64,000 nucleotides of DNA from an uncultured Actinomycetes bacterium. Lineage in GTDB: Bacteria; Actinomycetota; UBA4738; JBBDTT01. Within the stretch, counting starts at the first letter, position 1. Every line of letters starts with the position of its first letter. Positions 30,812 to 39,799 of the stretch are shown here, in pieces. The stretch covers positions 1,184,001-1,248,000 of the forward strand of contig CAVUMN010000004.1 of the NCBI GenBank assembly GCA_963742735.1, in the 5' to 3' direction. The translations under genes and the position numbers were made by a program. Below the pieces are notes generated by a model. It saw nothing but the letters and a program-made list of their open reading frames with translations, did not search any database and had not been told where the DNA came from.

Positions 30812-31240
30812 ATGGCGGCAAAGGTGAGCTTCGACAGCGTCAACGTCGGGGACGAGGTCTTCTCCGCGTCGAAGGTCGTCAAGGCCGACGACGTCAAGGC
30901 CTACGCCGACGCCTCAGGGGACCAGAACCCCCTGCACCAGGACGACGCGTTCGCGCAGACGGTCGGCTACCCGGGCCGGATCGGCCACGGGATGTACTCA
31001 ATGGCCCACCTCACGAGGGCGCTCGGTGAGTGGGTGGGGGACCCGGCGGCGATCAAGTCCGTCAAGGTCCAGTTCCGTGCCGTCGTCTACATGGACGAGA
31101 CGCTCGTGGCCAAGGGTCGCGTGGCCTCGAAGGACGAGAGCACCAAGCAGGTCACGGTCGAGCTCTGGGAGGAGCTCGAGCGCGACGGCGAGGTCCAGAA
31201 CCCGATCAAGAACGCCTCGGCGGTCGTGGAGCTGGCATAA
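30812..31240 (+). CDS. MaoC (R)-specific dehydratase (HadB-like)
   Basis: YADASGDQNPLH..A...G..GRIGHG hydratase-2 motif. Confidence 0.9.
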   Translation: MAAKVSFDSVNVGDEVFSASKVVKADDVKAYADASGDQNPLHQDDAFAQTVGYPGRIGHGMYSMAHLTRALGEWVGDPAAIKSVKVQFRAVVYMDETLVAKGRVASKDESTKQVTVELWEELERDGEVQNPIKNASAVVELA

Positions 31241-32529
31241 CCGAGACACGAGCTTCGGCCCCGCTCGTCTGGGCGGGCGCGCTGGCCACGTCGGCGGCCT
31301 TCGCCTATCCCAGCCTGTCGATCGGCGCGTCCTGGATCCAGCCGAGTGACCTGGCCCTCGTGGGGCTGTACCTCGCGCTCGCGCTCGCGGGCGCCCGTCG
31401 CCGGGTCGCCCTGTCGCCGACGGCGGTCGCTGCCGCCGGCGCCGCGTATCTGGCCGCGCTCGGGCTGTCGATCGCGCTGGCCGACCGCCCCACCGACCTG
31501 GCCTGGCTGCGCCTGGCCGCCTACGCACCCTTCGTCCTGTTGCCGTGGGCCCTGCCGCACGCGGTCCGGGACGAGGACGACGCGTCCTACGTGGTTCGGG
31601 CCTGGCTCGTCGGCGCGGGTCTCGCCGTGGCGGTCGGGCTCGTCCAGGTGGCCTGGTTCTACCTTGCTCGGGCCCTGTCGCTCGAGCCGTTTCCCTGCAA
31701 CTTCGGCCGCATCCCCGAGGGTCCCTACCCCCGGATCTGCGGACCCTTCCGGAACCCGAACGGCTACGCCGACTTTCTGGCGGCCACCGTCCCGTTCGTC
31801 GTGCTCTTCACTCGGGACCTGATCACCAGCGCGCGCCTGCGGTGGGCCGCCGGGGTGGCCGTCGCCGTCGTCTCGGTCTTCACGCTTTCCTCGGGGGTCG
31901 GCGGGATCGCCCTCGCGGCCGCGATCGCCGCCGGCGCACGGTGGCCCTCTCGCCGCCGGCTGCTCCTGGCTGCCGGCGCCTTGGTCGCGGCGGGCTTCCT
32001 GGCGGCCTCCGTGGGCTACCGCGTTCCGGCGGGGCGGGGCCACTTCCCGTTCCCGGGCGGGGAATGGCACCTTCTGAAGGGACCGCGGGTTCACACGTGG
32101 ATCAGCGCGGTGGGCACGATCCGCGACCACCCCGTCACCGGGCTCGGCTACGGCTCCACGGTCGCGCATACGCCGAGGATCAAGCGATGGATCCGGCAGG
32201 GGTACGCGGCGCCCCTGAACATCGACCGGCCGCCGACCAAGGACGCGCACGAAACGTGGCTCAACGTGGCCGGACAGGCCGGGGTGCTCGGTCTCGCCGC
32301 GTTCGTCGGGCTGCTCGTGGTGTGCGTGCGGGGCCTCGGCGGCGCGCTCCGCCGGGCGCCCCCCCAGAGCACCGCCGACCGGCTCGGTATCGCGGTCCTC
32401 GCCGGCCTGGCCGGCGTCGGCTTCCACTCGCTCTTCGCCTCGGTGGAGGAGTTCCGCCACCTCTGGGTGTTGCTGGCGCTTGCCGTCGTCGCGCGCCGCC
32501 TCCACCGGGGGGCCGCCTCCCGGGCGTAA
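31237..32529 (+). CDS. O-antigen ligase/Wzy-like membrane protein (start uncertain, possibly ATA)
   Basis: Many TM segments; R..GPFRNPN, R..TW..A...IRDHPVTGLGYG, AHETWL..A...GVLGL. Confidence 0.72.
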   Translation: MTETRASAPLVWAGALATSAAFAYPSLSIGASWIQPSDLALVGLYLALALAGARRRVALSPTAVAAAGAAYLAALGLSIALADRPTDLAWLRLAAYAPFVLLPWALPHAVRDEDDASYVVRAWLVGAGLAVAVGLVQVAWFYLARALSLEPFPCNFGRIPEGPYPRICGPFRNPNGYADFLAATVPFVVLFTRDLITSARLRWAAGVAVAVVSVFTLSSGVGGIALAAAIAAGARWPSRRRLLLAAGALVAAGFLAASVGYRVPAGRGHFPFPGGEWHLLKGPRVHTWISAVGTIRDHPVTGLGYGSTVAHTPRIKRWIRQGYAAPLNIDRPPTKDAHETWLNVAGQAGVLGLAAFVGLLVVCVRGLGGALRRAPPQSTADRLGIAVLAGLAGVGFHSLFASVEEFRHLWVLLALAVVARRLHRGAASRA

Positions 32530-32567
32530 CCTCGGGGGTGGCGGCCGGGTCCAACGGAGAGCTCGGT

Positions 32568-33122
32568 ATGGTGAGTCCCGAACTGGTGGACGCGTGCAAG
32601 CGGGGTGACCCGCGCGCGTTCGAGGAGCTCGTCGACGCCACCCACCGGCAGGTCTACACGCTCGCGCTTCGCCTCGTCGGCGATCGACAGGAGGCGGAGG
32701 ACGTGGCGCAGGAGGCCTACCTGCGGGTGTTTCGAGGGCTTTCCGGGTTCCGGGGCGAGTCCGCGATCGAGACGTGGCTCTACCGCATCGTCACGAACGC
32801 CGCGATGAACCAACTGCGGCGCAAGGGCCGGTTCGGGGACCTCGCCGCCGAGCCGCAGGACCTGGAGGACGCGGCGGCCGAGACCGTCGCCGACACCGAG
32901 CGGGTCGCCGATCGGGACGAGCTCGATCGGGCCCTCGCCCGGCTGCCGGAGGCGGCGCGGATGGTGGTGGTCATGAAGGACATGTACGGGCTGACCTGCG
33001 AGGAGATTGGGCGCGAGCTCGGCGTCTCCGAGGGAGCGATCAAGGTCCGGCTGCATCGCGCCCGCCGGCGGCTGAAGGATCTGGTGTATGGGCAGGAGGC
33101 GGCGGTGAGCCATGAGGTGTGA
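32568..33122 (+). CDS. ECF sigma-70 factor
   Basis: GDPRAFEEL, AEDVAQEAYLR, FRGESAIETWLYRI, EEIGRELG..GAIKVRLHRAR. Confidence 0.92.
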   Translation: MVSPELVDACKRGDPRAFEELVDATHRQVYTLALRLVGDRQEAEDVAQEAYLRVFRGLSGFRGESAIETWLYRIVTNAAMNQLRRKGRFGDLAAEPQDLEDAAAETVADTERVADRDELDRALARLPEAARMVVVMKDMYGLTCEEIGRELGVSEGAIKVRLHRARRRLKDLVYGQEAAVSHEV

Positions 33123-33486
33123 GGAGGTTCGCGACGAGCTTCCCGCCTACTCGGGCGGCGAGCTGAGGGAGGCGGGTGAGCTCGAGGTGCATCTCGCGAG
33201 CTGCGAGGGGTGCTCGGTCGAGCTGGCCCGCTACCGCGAGCTCGCCTTCTCGCTCCGGGCCGTGGGCGAACGGGTCGAGGAGCCCTCGGCCGCCTTCCGG
33301 GCCCGGGTGGTCGCCGCGATCCCGCCCAAGCGGCTGCGCGACGACGTTCGGCGCATCGCTCGCGAGCACCCTCGCGAGGTGGCGCTGGGGAGCGCGGCGA
33401 TCGGCGCGGCCGCGATCGGCCTGCTGTGGTGGCGAGCCGCGCGGCGCTCGATCGAACGCCAGGGCGTGCTGGTTCCCGCGGGCTGA
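33112..33486 (+). CDS. Zinc-binding anti-sigma factor (zf-HC2/ZAS) with C-terminal TM
   Basis: HLASCEGC (HxxxCxxC); overlaps the sigma gene. Confidence 0.85.
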   Translation: MRCEEVRDELPAYSGGELREAGELEVHLASCEGCSVELARYRELAFSLRAVGERVEEPSAAFRARVVAAIPPKRLRDDVRRIAREHPREVALGSAAIGAAAIGLLWWRAARRSIERQGVLVPAG

Positions 33487-33493
33487 GCTTGGT

Positions 33494-34690
33494 TTAGCTG
33501 GCCACTCGGCGCCTGCGGCGCTCCCGGCCGAAGAATCCCGCGTCGATCGAGGCGATCGAGACCGGCACGTCGTCCTCCTCGTCCACCACGGCGAGGGGAC
33601 GGATCTGCGCGTCGCGCTTGATGGCCTCAAGGCTCGCGCCCATATCCTCCAGCCCCTCCTGCATGTCGCGCAGGGCGGTGTCGAGCCCGACGATGGCCTC
33701 CGACTCGCGGGCGGCCGCCCGGACCAGGACCCGGCCCATCGCGTCGAAGCGGTTGACCAGGGCCTCGCTGGTCGCCTCCATGCGGGCCGCGAGGCCCTCG
33801 GTGGCCGCGAGGGCCCGCTCGGCGGTCGCCTCGGTGGTGTCGGTGACCCGCTCGGCCAGCTGCTCCGTGGCCCGCAGGGCCTGGCCGGCCACCGCCTCGG
33901 TGCGGGCGGCCACGCGGGCCGCGAGCGCCTCGGTCGTGGTCACGGCCCGGCCGGCGGCCGTCTCGGTCGCCGATATCACGCGCTCGACCGCCTGATCCGT
34001 GACCTTGGCGATGCGCCGGACCAGCTGGCCCGCCGCCGCCTCGACCTGGTCGCTCATCATGCCGGTCACGCTCGCCACGCGGCGCGCGGTCATGTCCGGC
34101 ATGCCGTGCAGCGCCCGGTCCATGGACTCGATGCCCTGGGTCATGGCGGCCATCGAGGTGTCGAGCTGAGCGCCGACGCGCTCGTTCTGCGTCTCGATCC
34201 GCTCCTGGGCGTGGACCAGCCGTGCGTGTAGGCGCCGTCCGGTGGTGTCGACCTGCGCCGAGATGGCGGCCAGCTGGTGGTCGGTGTGCTCGAAGGCGCT
34301 CCCCAGGCGACCCGTGATCGCCTGGCGCATGCCCTCCATGTCGGAGACCAGGGCGAGGTGGGATTGCTTGAGCTTGTCGGCCACCATCTTCAGGCCGGCT
34401 TCCATGCGCTGGATGCGGACGTCGAGCGCGTGGTAGCGCTCGTCGGAGTGCGAGATGAGGCCGCGGACGGTGTCGTCGCGGGCGAGCACGCCGAGCACGC
34501 GCTCGCTGAGGTTCTCGCCAGCCTCGGGGCCGACGGAGCGCCACACCTCGCTGGCGATCTCGCCCATGAGGCGGGTCGCCTGCTCCTGCATGTGGGCGAC
34601 GCCCTGGTCGACGCGCTCCAAGACCATCTGCTGGTAGGCGGTGACGATCGAGTCCAGGCGGTCCTGGTCGGGCAGGTCGAGGTTCCGCAC
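33494..34690 (-). CDS. Hypothetical long alpha-helical protein with 11-residue repeats (start uncertain, up to 34846)
   Basis: GC3-rich coding frame; xTE....R... 11-mers; minus-strand -10 TACACT near 34895-34900. Confidence 0.7.
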   Translation of the reverse strand: MRNLDLPDQDRLDSIVTAYQQMVLERVDQGVAHMQEQATRLMGEIASEVWRSVGPEAGENLSERVLGVLARDDTVRGLISHSDERYHALDVRIQRMEAGLKMVADKLKQSHLALVSDMEGMRQAITGRLGSAFEHTDHQLAAISAQVDTTGRRLHARLVHAQERIETQNERVGAQLDTSMAAMTQGIESMDRALHGMPDMTARRVASVTGMMSDQVEAAAGQLVRRIAKVTDQAVERVISATETAAGRAVTTTEALAARVAARTEAVAGQALRATEQLAERVTDTTEATAERALAATEGLAARMEATSEALVNRFDAMGRVLVRAAARESEAIVGLDTALRDMQEGLEDMGASLEAIKRDAQIRPLAVVDEEDDVPVSIASIDAGFFGRERRRRRVAS

Positions 34691-35011
34691 CGCGCGCGGA
34701 CGGGGTGAGGTCGTCGGCTCGATACGAACTGAGGAGAGCGCAGTCGGGGACTTGCCCGTGGCGCGATGCCGCCCGCCGGGCGAGATGATCCGCCTGATCT
34801 TCCCTCGCTCACCGCCGGGGGAGTCGGTCGTATAGATATCTTGCATAAGGGGAAGCTCGCCTTCCGGGGCCGGCGCGAGGCTTATCGGGCGTCAGTGTAG
34901 GTGCCTCTCGGGGTCGAATCGAGCACCTTCGCCTACTCTTTGCTGGGCCCTTCGGACAGGTCCTATACTGGCCGGCGGGGTGCGAACCCACGGTTGCCCC
35001 TTCCCACCCAT

Positions 35012-35084
35012 AGGGGCGTAGCTCAATTGGTAGAGTCCCGGTCTCCAAAACCGGTGGTTGGGGGTTCGAGTCCCTCCGCCCCTG
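35012..35084 (+). tRNA. tRNA-Trp(CCA)
   Basis: AGGGGCG/CGCCCCT stem, loop CTCCAAA; -10 TATACT at ~34964; directly upstream of secE. Confidence 0.96.
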
Positions 35085-35097
35085 CAAGAGGAGTCAC

Positions 35098-35379
35098 ATG
35101 AACCGGCAGTCCAAGCGAATGATGGGCAAGCGTCAGGCCGCGGCCGACCGGGTCCAGGTCGCTCGTCGGCCGATGCCTCAGGAGCGGAAGCGGCGGGTAG
35201 GACCGCGCCAGTTCCTGAAGGAGGTCCGGCAGGAGCTCAAGAAGGTGGCCTGGCCGACCCGCAAGGAGCTCTTCGCCTACACGATGGTGGTGTTGTTCGC
35301 CGTCGTCGTGCTGACCACGCTCGTCTTCGGGCTGGACCTGCTGTTCTCCAAGGCCGTCCTCAAGGTGTTCGGTACCTAG
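35098..35379 (+). CDS. secE: Preprotein translocase subunit SecE
   Basis: FLKEVRQELKKVAWPTRKE plus one TM; tRNA-Trp-secE-nusG synteny. Confidence 0.95.
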   Translation: MNRQSKRMMGKRQAAADRVQVARRPMPQERKRRVGPRQFLKEVRQELKKVAWPTRKELFAYTMVVLFAVVVLTTLVFGLDLLFSKAVLKVFGT

Positions 35380-35406
35380 GACCCAACCCCCAACCCCAGG
35401 AACACG

Positions 35407-36543
35407 ATGGAAGAGACATTCGAAGCACGCCCAGACGACGAGCAGGACCCCTCGACCGAGCCCTCGGCCGAGCCGTCGACCGAGCCCTCGGCCGAGCCGC
35501 CCGAGGAGGACGCCGACGCGCCCGCCGACGAGGCTGAGGTCGAGCCGGTGACCGCGATCGCGGAGACCCTGGCCGAGCCGGAGGAGGTTGCCTCCCCGGA
35601 GGAGGAGCCGGCCGGCGAGGCGTCGGAGGAGCCCGACGAGTCCGACGAGGCCGAGGACGAGGCCCAGCCCCTCGTCGAGGCCGCCGAGCCGGAGCTTCAG
35701 CCGCAGACCTCCGACGACGTGGTCCCGTCCGCCGAGGACGTGCCCGCCGAGGAGGCCGCCGTCCACGTGGTGGACGAGCAGGAGGCCGTGGCCGAGGAGG
35801 GCGTGACCCTCGACGCCACCGACGACGAAGGAGCCACCCCCGAGTCGGTGGAGCTCGAGCCGGCAACGGTTGCGGAGTCGGCCGTGTCGGGCAACGGGTC
35901 GGCCGCCCCGGTTGCCGCCGAGCCCGAGGCCGCGCCGGCCGCCGAGCCCGCGCCGGCCGCCGAGCCCGAGCCCGAGCCCGAGCCCGAGGTGTGGTCGCCG
36001 TTCGACACGCCGGGCGACTGGTACGTGGTGCACACCTACGCGGGCTACGAGAACAAGGTCAAGGTGAACCTGCAGTCACGGATCTCCTCCATGCAGATGG
36101 AGGACAAGATCTTCGACGTCGTGATCCCCATGGAGGACGTCATGGAGATCAAGGGCGGCAAGAAGCAGGTGGTCCAGAAGAAGGTCTTCCCCGGGTACCT
36201 GCTCGTGAAGATGTTCTACGACAACGACTCCTGGTACGTCGTTCGCAACACGCCCGGCGTGACCGGGTTCGTGGTCAGCGGCACGGGGCAGAAGCCCACG
36301 CCGCTGTCCCGCAAGGAGGTCGAGAAGATCCTCGCCGTCAAGGAGGAGGAGAAGGTCAAGCCGACCTACCGCCTCGAGTTCGAGGAGGGGGACGTGGTCC
36401 GCATCATCAGCGGCCCGTTCGCCGACTTCAACGGGACCATCAACGAGATCAACGTCGACCAGTCCAAGCTGAAGGTGCTGGTCAACATCTTCGACCGGGA
36501 GACCCCGGTCGAGCTCGGGTTCGACCAGGTCGCCCGGGTCTAG
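35407..36543 (+). CDS. nusG: Transcription termination/antitermination factor NusG with ~195 aa acidic N-terminal extension
   Basis: WYVVHTYAGYENKVK, FPGYLLV, VRNTPGVTGFV, KOW GPFADF, IFDRETPVEL. Confidence 0.95.
   Translation: MEETFEARPDDEQDPSTEPSAEPSTEPSAEPPEEDADAPADEAEVEPVTAIAETLAEPEEVASPEEEPAGEASEEPDESDEAEDEAQPLVEAAEPELQPQTSDDVVPSAEDVPAEEAAVHVVDEQEAVAEEGVTLDATDDEGATPESVELEPATVAESAVSGNGSAAPVAAEPEAAPAAEPAPAAEPEPEPEPEVWSPFDTPGDWYVVHTYAGYENKVKVNLQSRISSMQMEDKIFDVVIPMEDVMEIKGGKKQVVQKKVFPGYLLVKMFYDNDSWYVVRNTPGVTGFVVSGTGQKPTPLSRKEVEKILAVKEEEKVKPTYRLEFEEGDVVRIISGPFADFNGTINEINVDQSKLKVLVNIFDRETPVELGFDQVARV
35449..35496 (+). repeat. 12-bp tandem repeat x4 in the nusG extension (PSTE/PSAE)
   Basis: ccctcgaccgag ccctcggccgag ccgtcgaccgag ccctcggccgag. 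Confidence 0.85.
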
Positions 36544-36597
36544 TCCACAACCGCGGGAGGCCGTTCCCCGGCCGTTCGAACCGCAGGAGGTAGAGAG

Positions 36598-37029
36598 ATG
36601 GCACGCAAGAAGAAGGTCCTCGCCCTCGTCAAGCTGCAGATCCGCGCCGGACAGGCGACCCCGGCCCCGCCCGTCGGGACCGCCCTCGGACAGCACGGCG
36701 TCAACATCATGGACTTCTGCCGGCAGTACAACGAGGCCACCCAGGCCCAGGCCGGCCAGGTCATCCCCGTCGAGCTGACGATCTACGAGGACCGCACGTT
36801 CGACTTCGTCACCAAGCAGCCGCCGGCCGCGGAGCTCATCCGTCAGGCGGCGGGGATCGAGAAGGGTTCCGGGGAGCCCAACCGCGAGAAGGTCGCCAGG
36901 CTCTCCTCGAGCCAGGTCCGCCAGATCGCCGAGACGAAGATGAAGGACCTCAACGCGAACGACATCGAAGCCGCGATGAAGATCATCGAAGGCACCGCGC
37001 GGAGCATGGGCGTGGAGGTGGGGGCATGA
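36598..37029 (+). CDS. rplK: 50S ribosomal protein L11
   Basis: [34 protein letters not shown]. Confidence 0.98.
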   Translation: MARKKKVLALVKLQIRAGQATPAPPVGTALGQHGVNIMDFCRQYNEATQAQAGQVIPVELTIYEDRTFDFVTKQPPAAELIRQAAGIEKGSGEPNREKVARLSSSQVRQIAETKMKDLNANDIEAAMKIIEGTARSMGVEVGA

Positions 37030-37760
37030 ACCGGGGCAAGCGCTACGCGGCCGCGGAGAAGCTCGTCGACCACGACAAGCTCCACTCGCCCCAGGAGGCG
37101 ATCTCGATCGTCAAGCAGTACCCGGACGCCAAGTTCGACGAGACCGTGGAGGTGGCGCTCCGCCTGGGCGTCGATCCTCGCAAGGCCGACCAGATGGTCC
37201 GCGGGACCGTCACCCTCCCGCACGGCACCGGCAAGAGCGTGCGGGTGGCCGCGTTCGCCCAGGGCGACAAGGCGCGGGAGGCGACCGAGGCCGGGGCCGA
37301 CGTGGTCGGCGCGCAGGACCTGGTCGAGAAGGTGCTGAAGGGCGAGATCGACTTCGAAGCCGCCGTGGCGACGCCGGACATGATGCCCGAGGTCGGCAAG
37401 GCCGGCCGGGTGCTCGGTCCGCGGGGCCTGATGCCGAATCCCAAGGCCGGCACGGTCACCATGGACATCGGCAAGGCCGTCCAGGACATCAAGGGCGGAA
37501 AGCTCGAGTACCGGACCGACCGCCAGGGCAACCTGCACCTGATCATCGGCAAGCGCTCGTTCGACGAGCCGAAGCTGGTCGAGAACTACCAGGCCGTGAT
37601 CGAGGAGATCCTGCGGGCCAAGCCCGCGTCCGCCAAGGGCCGCTACCTCAAGAGCGTGACGCTCTCGACCACCATGGGCCCCGGCATCCCGATCGACCCC
37701 GCCAGGGCTCGAGGTCTGACCCAGGCCGAGGTCGCCGCCGAGGCCGCGGCCTCCGCCTAG
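37026..37760 (+). CDS. rplA: 50S ribosomal protein L1
   Basis: [46 protein letters not shown]. Confidence 0.98.
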   Translation: MNRGKRYAAAEKLVDHDKLHSPQEAISIVKQYPDAKFDETVEVALRLGVDPRKADQMVRGTVTLPHGTGKSVRVAAFAQGDKAREATEAGADVVGAQDLVEKVLKGEIDFEAAVATPDMMPEVGKAGRVLGPRGLMPNPKAGTVTMDIGKAVQDIKGGKLEYRTDRQGNLHLIIGKRSFDEPKLVENYQAVIEEILRAKPASAKGRYLKSVTLSTTMGPGIPIDPARARGLTQAEVAAEAAASA

Positions 37761-37779
37761 CCCGCGACCTCCGCCTAGC
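37744..37779. repeat. 18-bp tandem duplication spanning the convergent rplA and thioesterase stop codons
   Basis: ccgcggcctccgcctagc / ccgcgacctccgcctagc (one mismatch). Confidence 0.8.
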
Positions 37780-38191
37780 CCGGCTCGGCCCGCAGCACCG
37801 CCTGCGTCTGGGTCGTCAGCGCGACCGGGCGGTTCTGGGCGTCCCGGAGGTCGGTCTGCACGACGATCGTGGTGCGCCCGACGTGCACCGGGCGGGCGAC
37901 CGCGAGCACGGTGCCCTCGCGGACGGCGCGCAGGAAGTTGGTCTTCGACTCGATCGTCGAGGTGCCGGCCCCCGCCGGCAGATTCAGGAACGCGCAGGTC
38001 GCGCCGGCCGTGTCGGCCAGGGACATGAGCGCGCCGCCGTGCATGGTTCCCTGGCTCGTGCATCGCTCGGGGGCCCAGTCGAGCTCAAGCCGGACCTCGT
38101 CGGGTGACGCCGAGACCATGCGGATCCCGAGCAGTCCCGCGTAGGGGACGATCTGATCGAGCGGGGGGAGCCCCGCGGCGTCGTCCGACAT
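37775..38191 (-). CDS. PaaI family hotdog thioesterase
   Basis: GTMHGGALMSLADT, TIESKTNFLRAV, HVGRTTIVVQ. Confidence 0.9.
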   Translation of the reverse strand: MSDDAAGLPPLDQIVPYAGLLGIRMVSASPDEVRLELDWAPERCTSQGTMHGGALMSLADTAGATCAFLNLPAGAGTSTIESKTNFLRAVREGTVLAVARPVHVGRTTIVVQTDLRDAQNRPVALTTQTQAVLRAEPG

Positions 38192-38243
38192 CAGGCCGCG
38201 GATCGTGCCACGGAATCGCGGGCTCGCGCGTCCTGTTCGCGAG

Positions 38244-38768
38244 ATGATCGGAGCCCAGGTGACCATCGAGGAAACCGACGCCCAGCCCGCGGGCCGGCTC
38301 GCCGAGCTCTACGTGCGGCACGCCCCCGACGCCCTGCGGTTCGCGACCGTGCTGACGGGCGAGCGCCAGCTTGCGGAGGACCTGGTCCAGGACGCGTTCG
38401 TCCGCCTGGCCGGCCGCCTGGCCCACCTTCGCGACCCGGGCGCGTTCGAGGCGTACCTGCGCCGGACGGTGGTCAACCTGGCGAACTCGAAGTTCCGCCG
38501 GCGCAAGGTGGAGCGCGCGTATCTGGAGCGCGAGGGTCGCCGCCCCACGGCGGCCGGACCGGCGCCCGATCCCGAGACCCGCGACGAGGTGTGGACCGCC
38601 CTGCAGACCCTGCCGGTCAACCAGCGGGCCGCCATCGCCCTTCGCTTCTACGAGGACTTGCCGGACGAGCAGATCGCGGAGGTCCTGAACTGCGCGCCGG
38701 CGACGGTGCGCTCGCTGGTGCACCGAGGAATGGCCATGCTCAAGACTCAGCTGGGAGACGACCGATGA
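38244..38768 (+). CDS. ECF sigma factor, actinobacterial SigE-family-like
   Basis: AEDLVQDAF, AYLRRTVVN, QRAAIALRFYEDL..IAEVLNC..TVRS. Confidence 0.88.
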   Translation: MIGAQVTIEETDAQPAGRLAELYVRHAPDALRFATVLTGERQLAEDLVQDAFVRLAGRLAHLRDPGAFEAYLRRTVVNLANSKFRRRKVERAYLEREGRRPTAAGPAPDPETRDEVWTALQTLPVNQRAAIALRFYEDLPDEQIAEVLNCAPATVRSLVHRGMAMLKTQLGDDR

Positions 38769-39754
38769 GCCTCGACGACCGGATCCGCCAGTCCATCGAA
38801 CGCAACACCGCCGCACCCGGACACGACCCGATCCCCGAGGGCCTGCTCCACCGCGCCCGCCGCCGCATCGCCCTCACCGTCGTCGGCTCGTTGGTCTCGC
38901 TCGCCGTCCTCGGCGGCGGCGGCCTTGCCCTGGTGCGGTCGCTGGATCGCCCCGAGATCCGGGAGCCCGGCGGCCCCACCACCGTCGTTCCGTCCGAGAC
39001 GCCCTCGGAGCCGACCCTGACGCCGGAGGAGCGCGCGATCAACCGCTTCGTGACGGACTTCATGGAGGCGCGACGGGCCGGGAGCGGTGCCGAGGCCTTT
39101 CTGTCGCCGGAGGCGCAGCAGGACTACGTCGGCCGGCAGAGCGGCTTCGTCGGCGAGGGTGCGGTGCTGTACGGGGACGAGGAGCGCCCGCTCGACGGTT
39201 TCGAGATCCAGGCGCCCCACCAGGTCGAGGGCGGCTCGTACGAGGTCCTGGTGTGGACGCTGCGACACGAGATCGGCGACACGCCGTGGTGTCCGTTCAG
39301 CGAGACCCTGCTGGTTGACCCCGACGCGAACGGCGGAGACCCGCTCGTCGTGAGCAGCGTGGAGAACACCGCCGGGACGGTGGGCACGCCGGTGACCCGG
39401 CGTGCAGCCGAGGGCTTCGGCTGTGTGTTCATGGATGCCCGTCAGCGTCGGGAGGACCTGTCCGGGTTCCTCAGCCCGGAGGCTCAGCAGCAGCTCGAGT
39501 CCGGCGAGGCGGGCCTGAGCGCGTACCCGGAGTTCGTCAACGGCTGGTGGATCGCGTACTCGGAGCTGGCCGAGGACGGCGAGGTGATCGTCATCCTCGG
39601 GCGCCAGGACGGTGAGGCGCCCGACTACTCGACCCTCGAGGAGATCCGGGTCGGCCCCGGCGCCGACGCCAACGGGCAGCCGCACCCTGCCGTGGTCCGC
39701 TCGGTCCGCCCCGTCGAATGCGACTTCACCACGGAGACGCCCAGCTGCGGCTGA
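38765..39754 (+). CDS. Single-pass membrane protein, putative anti-sigma with two tandem extracellular domains
   Basis: ATGA overlap with the sigma gene; RARRR followed by a TM; repeated FM(E/D)AR......FLSPEAQQ motif. Confidence 0.7.
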   Translation: MSLDDRIRQSIERNTAAPGHDPIPEGLLHRARRRIALTVVGSLVSLAVLGGGGLALVRSLDRPEIREPGGPTTVVPSETPSEPTLTPEERAINRFVTDFMEARRAGSGAEAFLSPEAQQDYVGRQSGFVGEGAVLYGDEERPLDGFEIQAPHQVEGGSYEVLVWTLRHEIGDTPWCPFSETLLVDPDANGGDPLVVSSVENTAGTVGTPVTRRAAEGFGCVFMDARQRREDLSGFLSPEAQQQLESGEAGLSAYPEFVNGWWIAYSELAEDGEVIVILGRQDGEAPDYSTLEEIRVGPGADANGQPHPAVVRSVRPVECDFTTETPSCG

Positions 39755-39799
39755 GTCCCGGTTGTCGCCGGCCTGCCCGTGCCTCTATCCTCATCCGCG

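Noticed and set aside
34700-35010. Structured ncRNA between the 11-mer protein and tRNA-Trp (aggtgc...gcacct inverted repeat)
   Set aside because: Short imperfect stem in GC-rich DNA; explained by divergent promoters; no recognisable family
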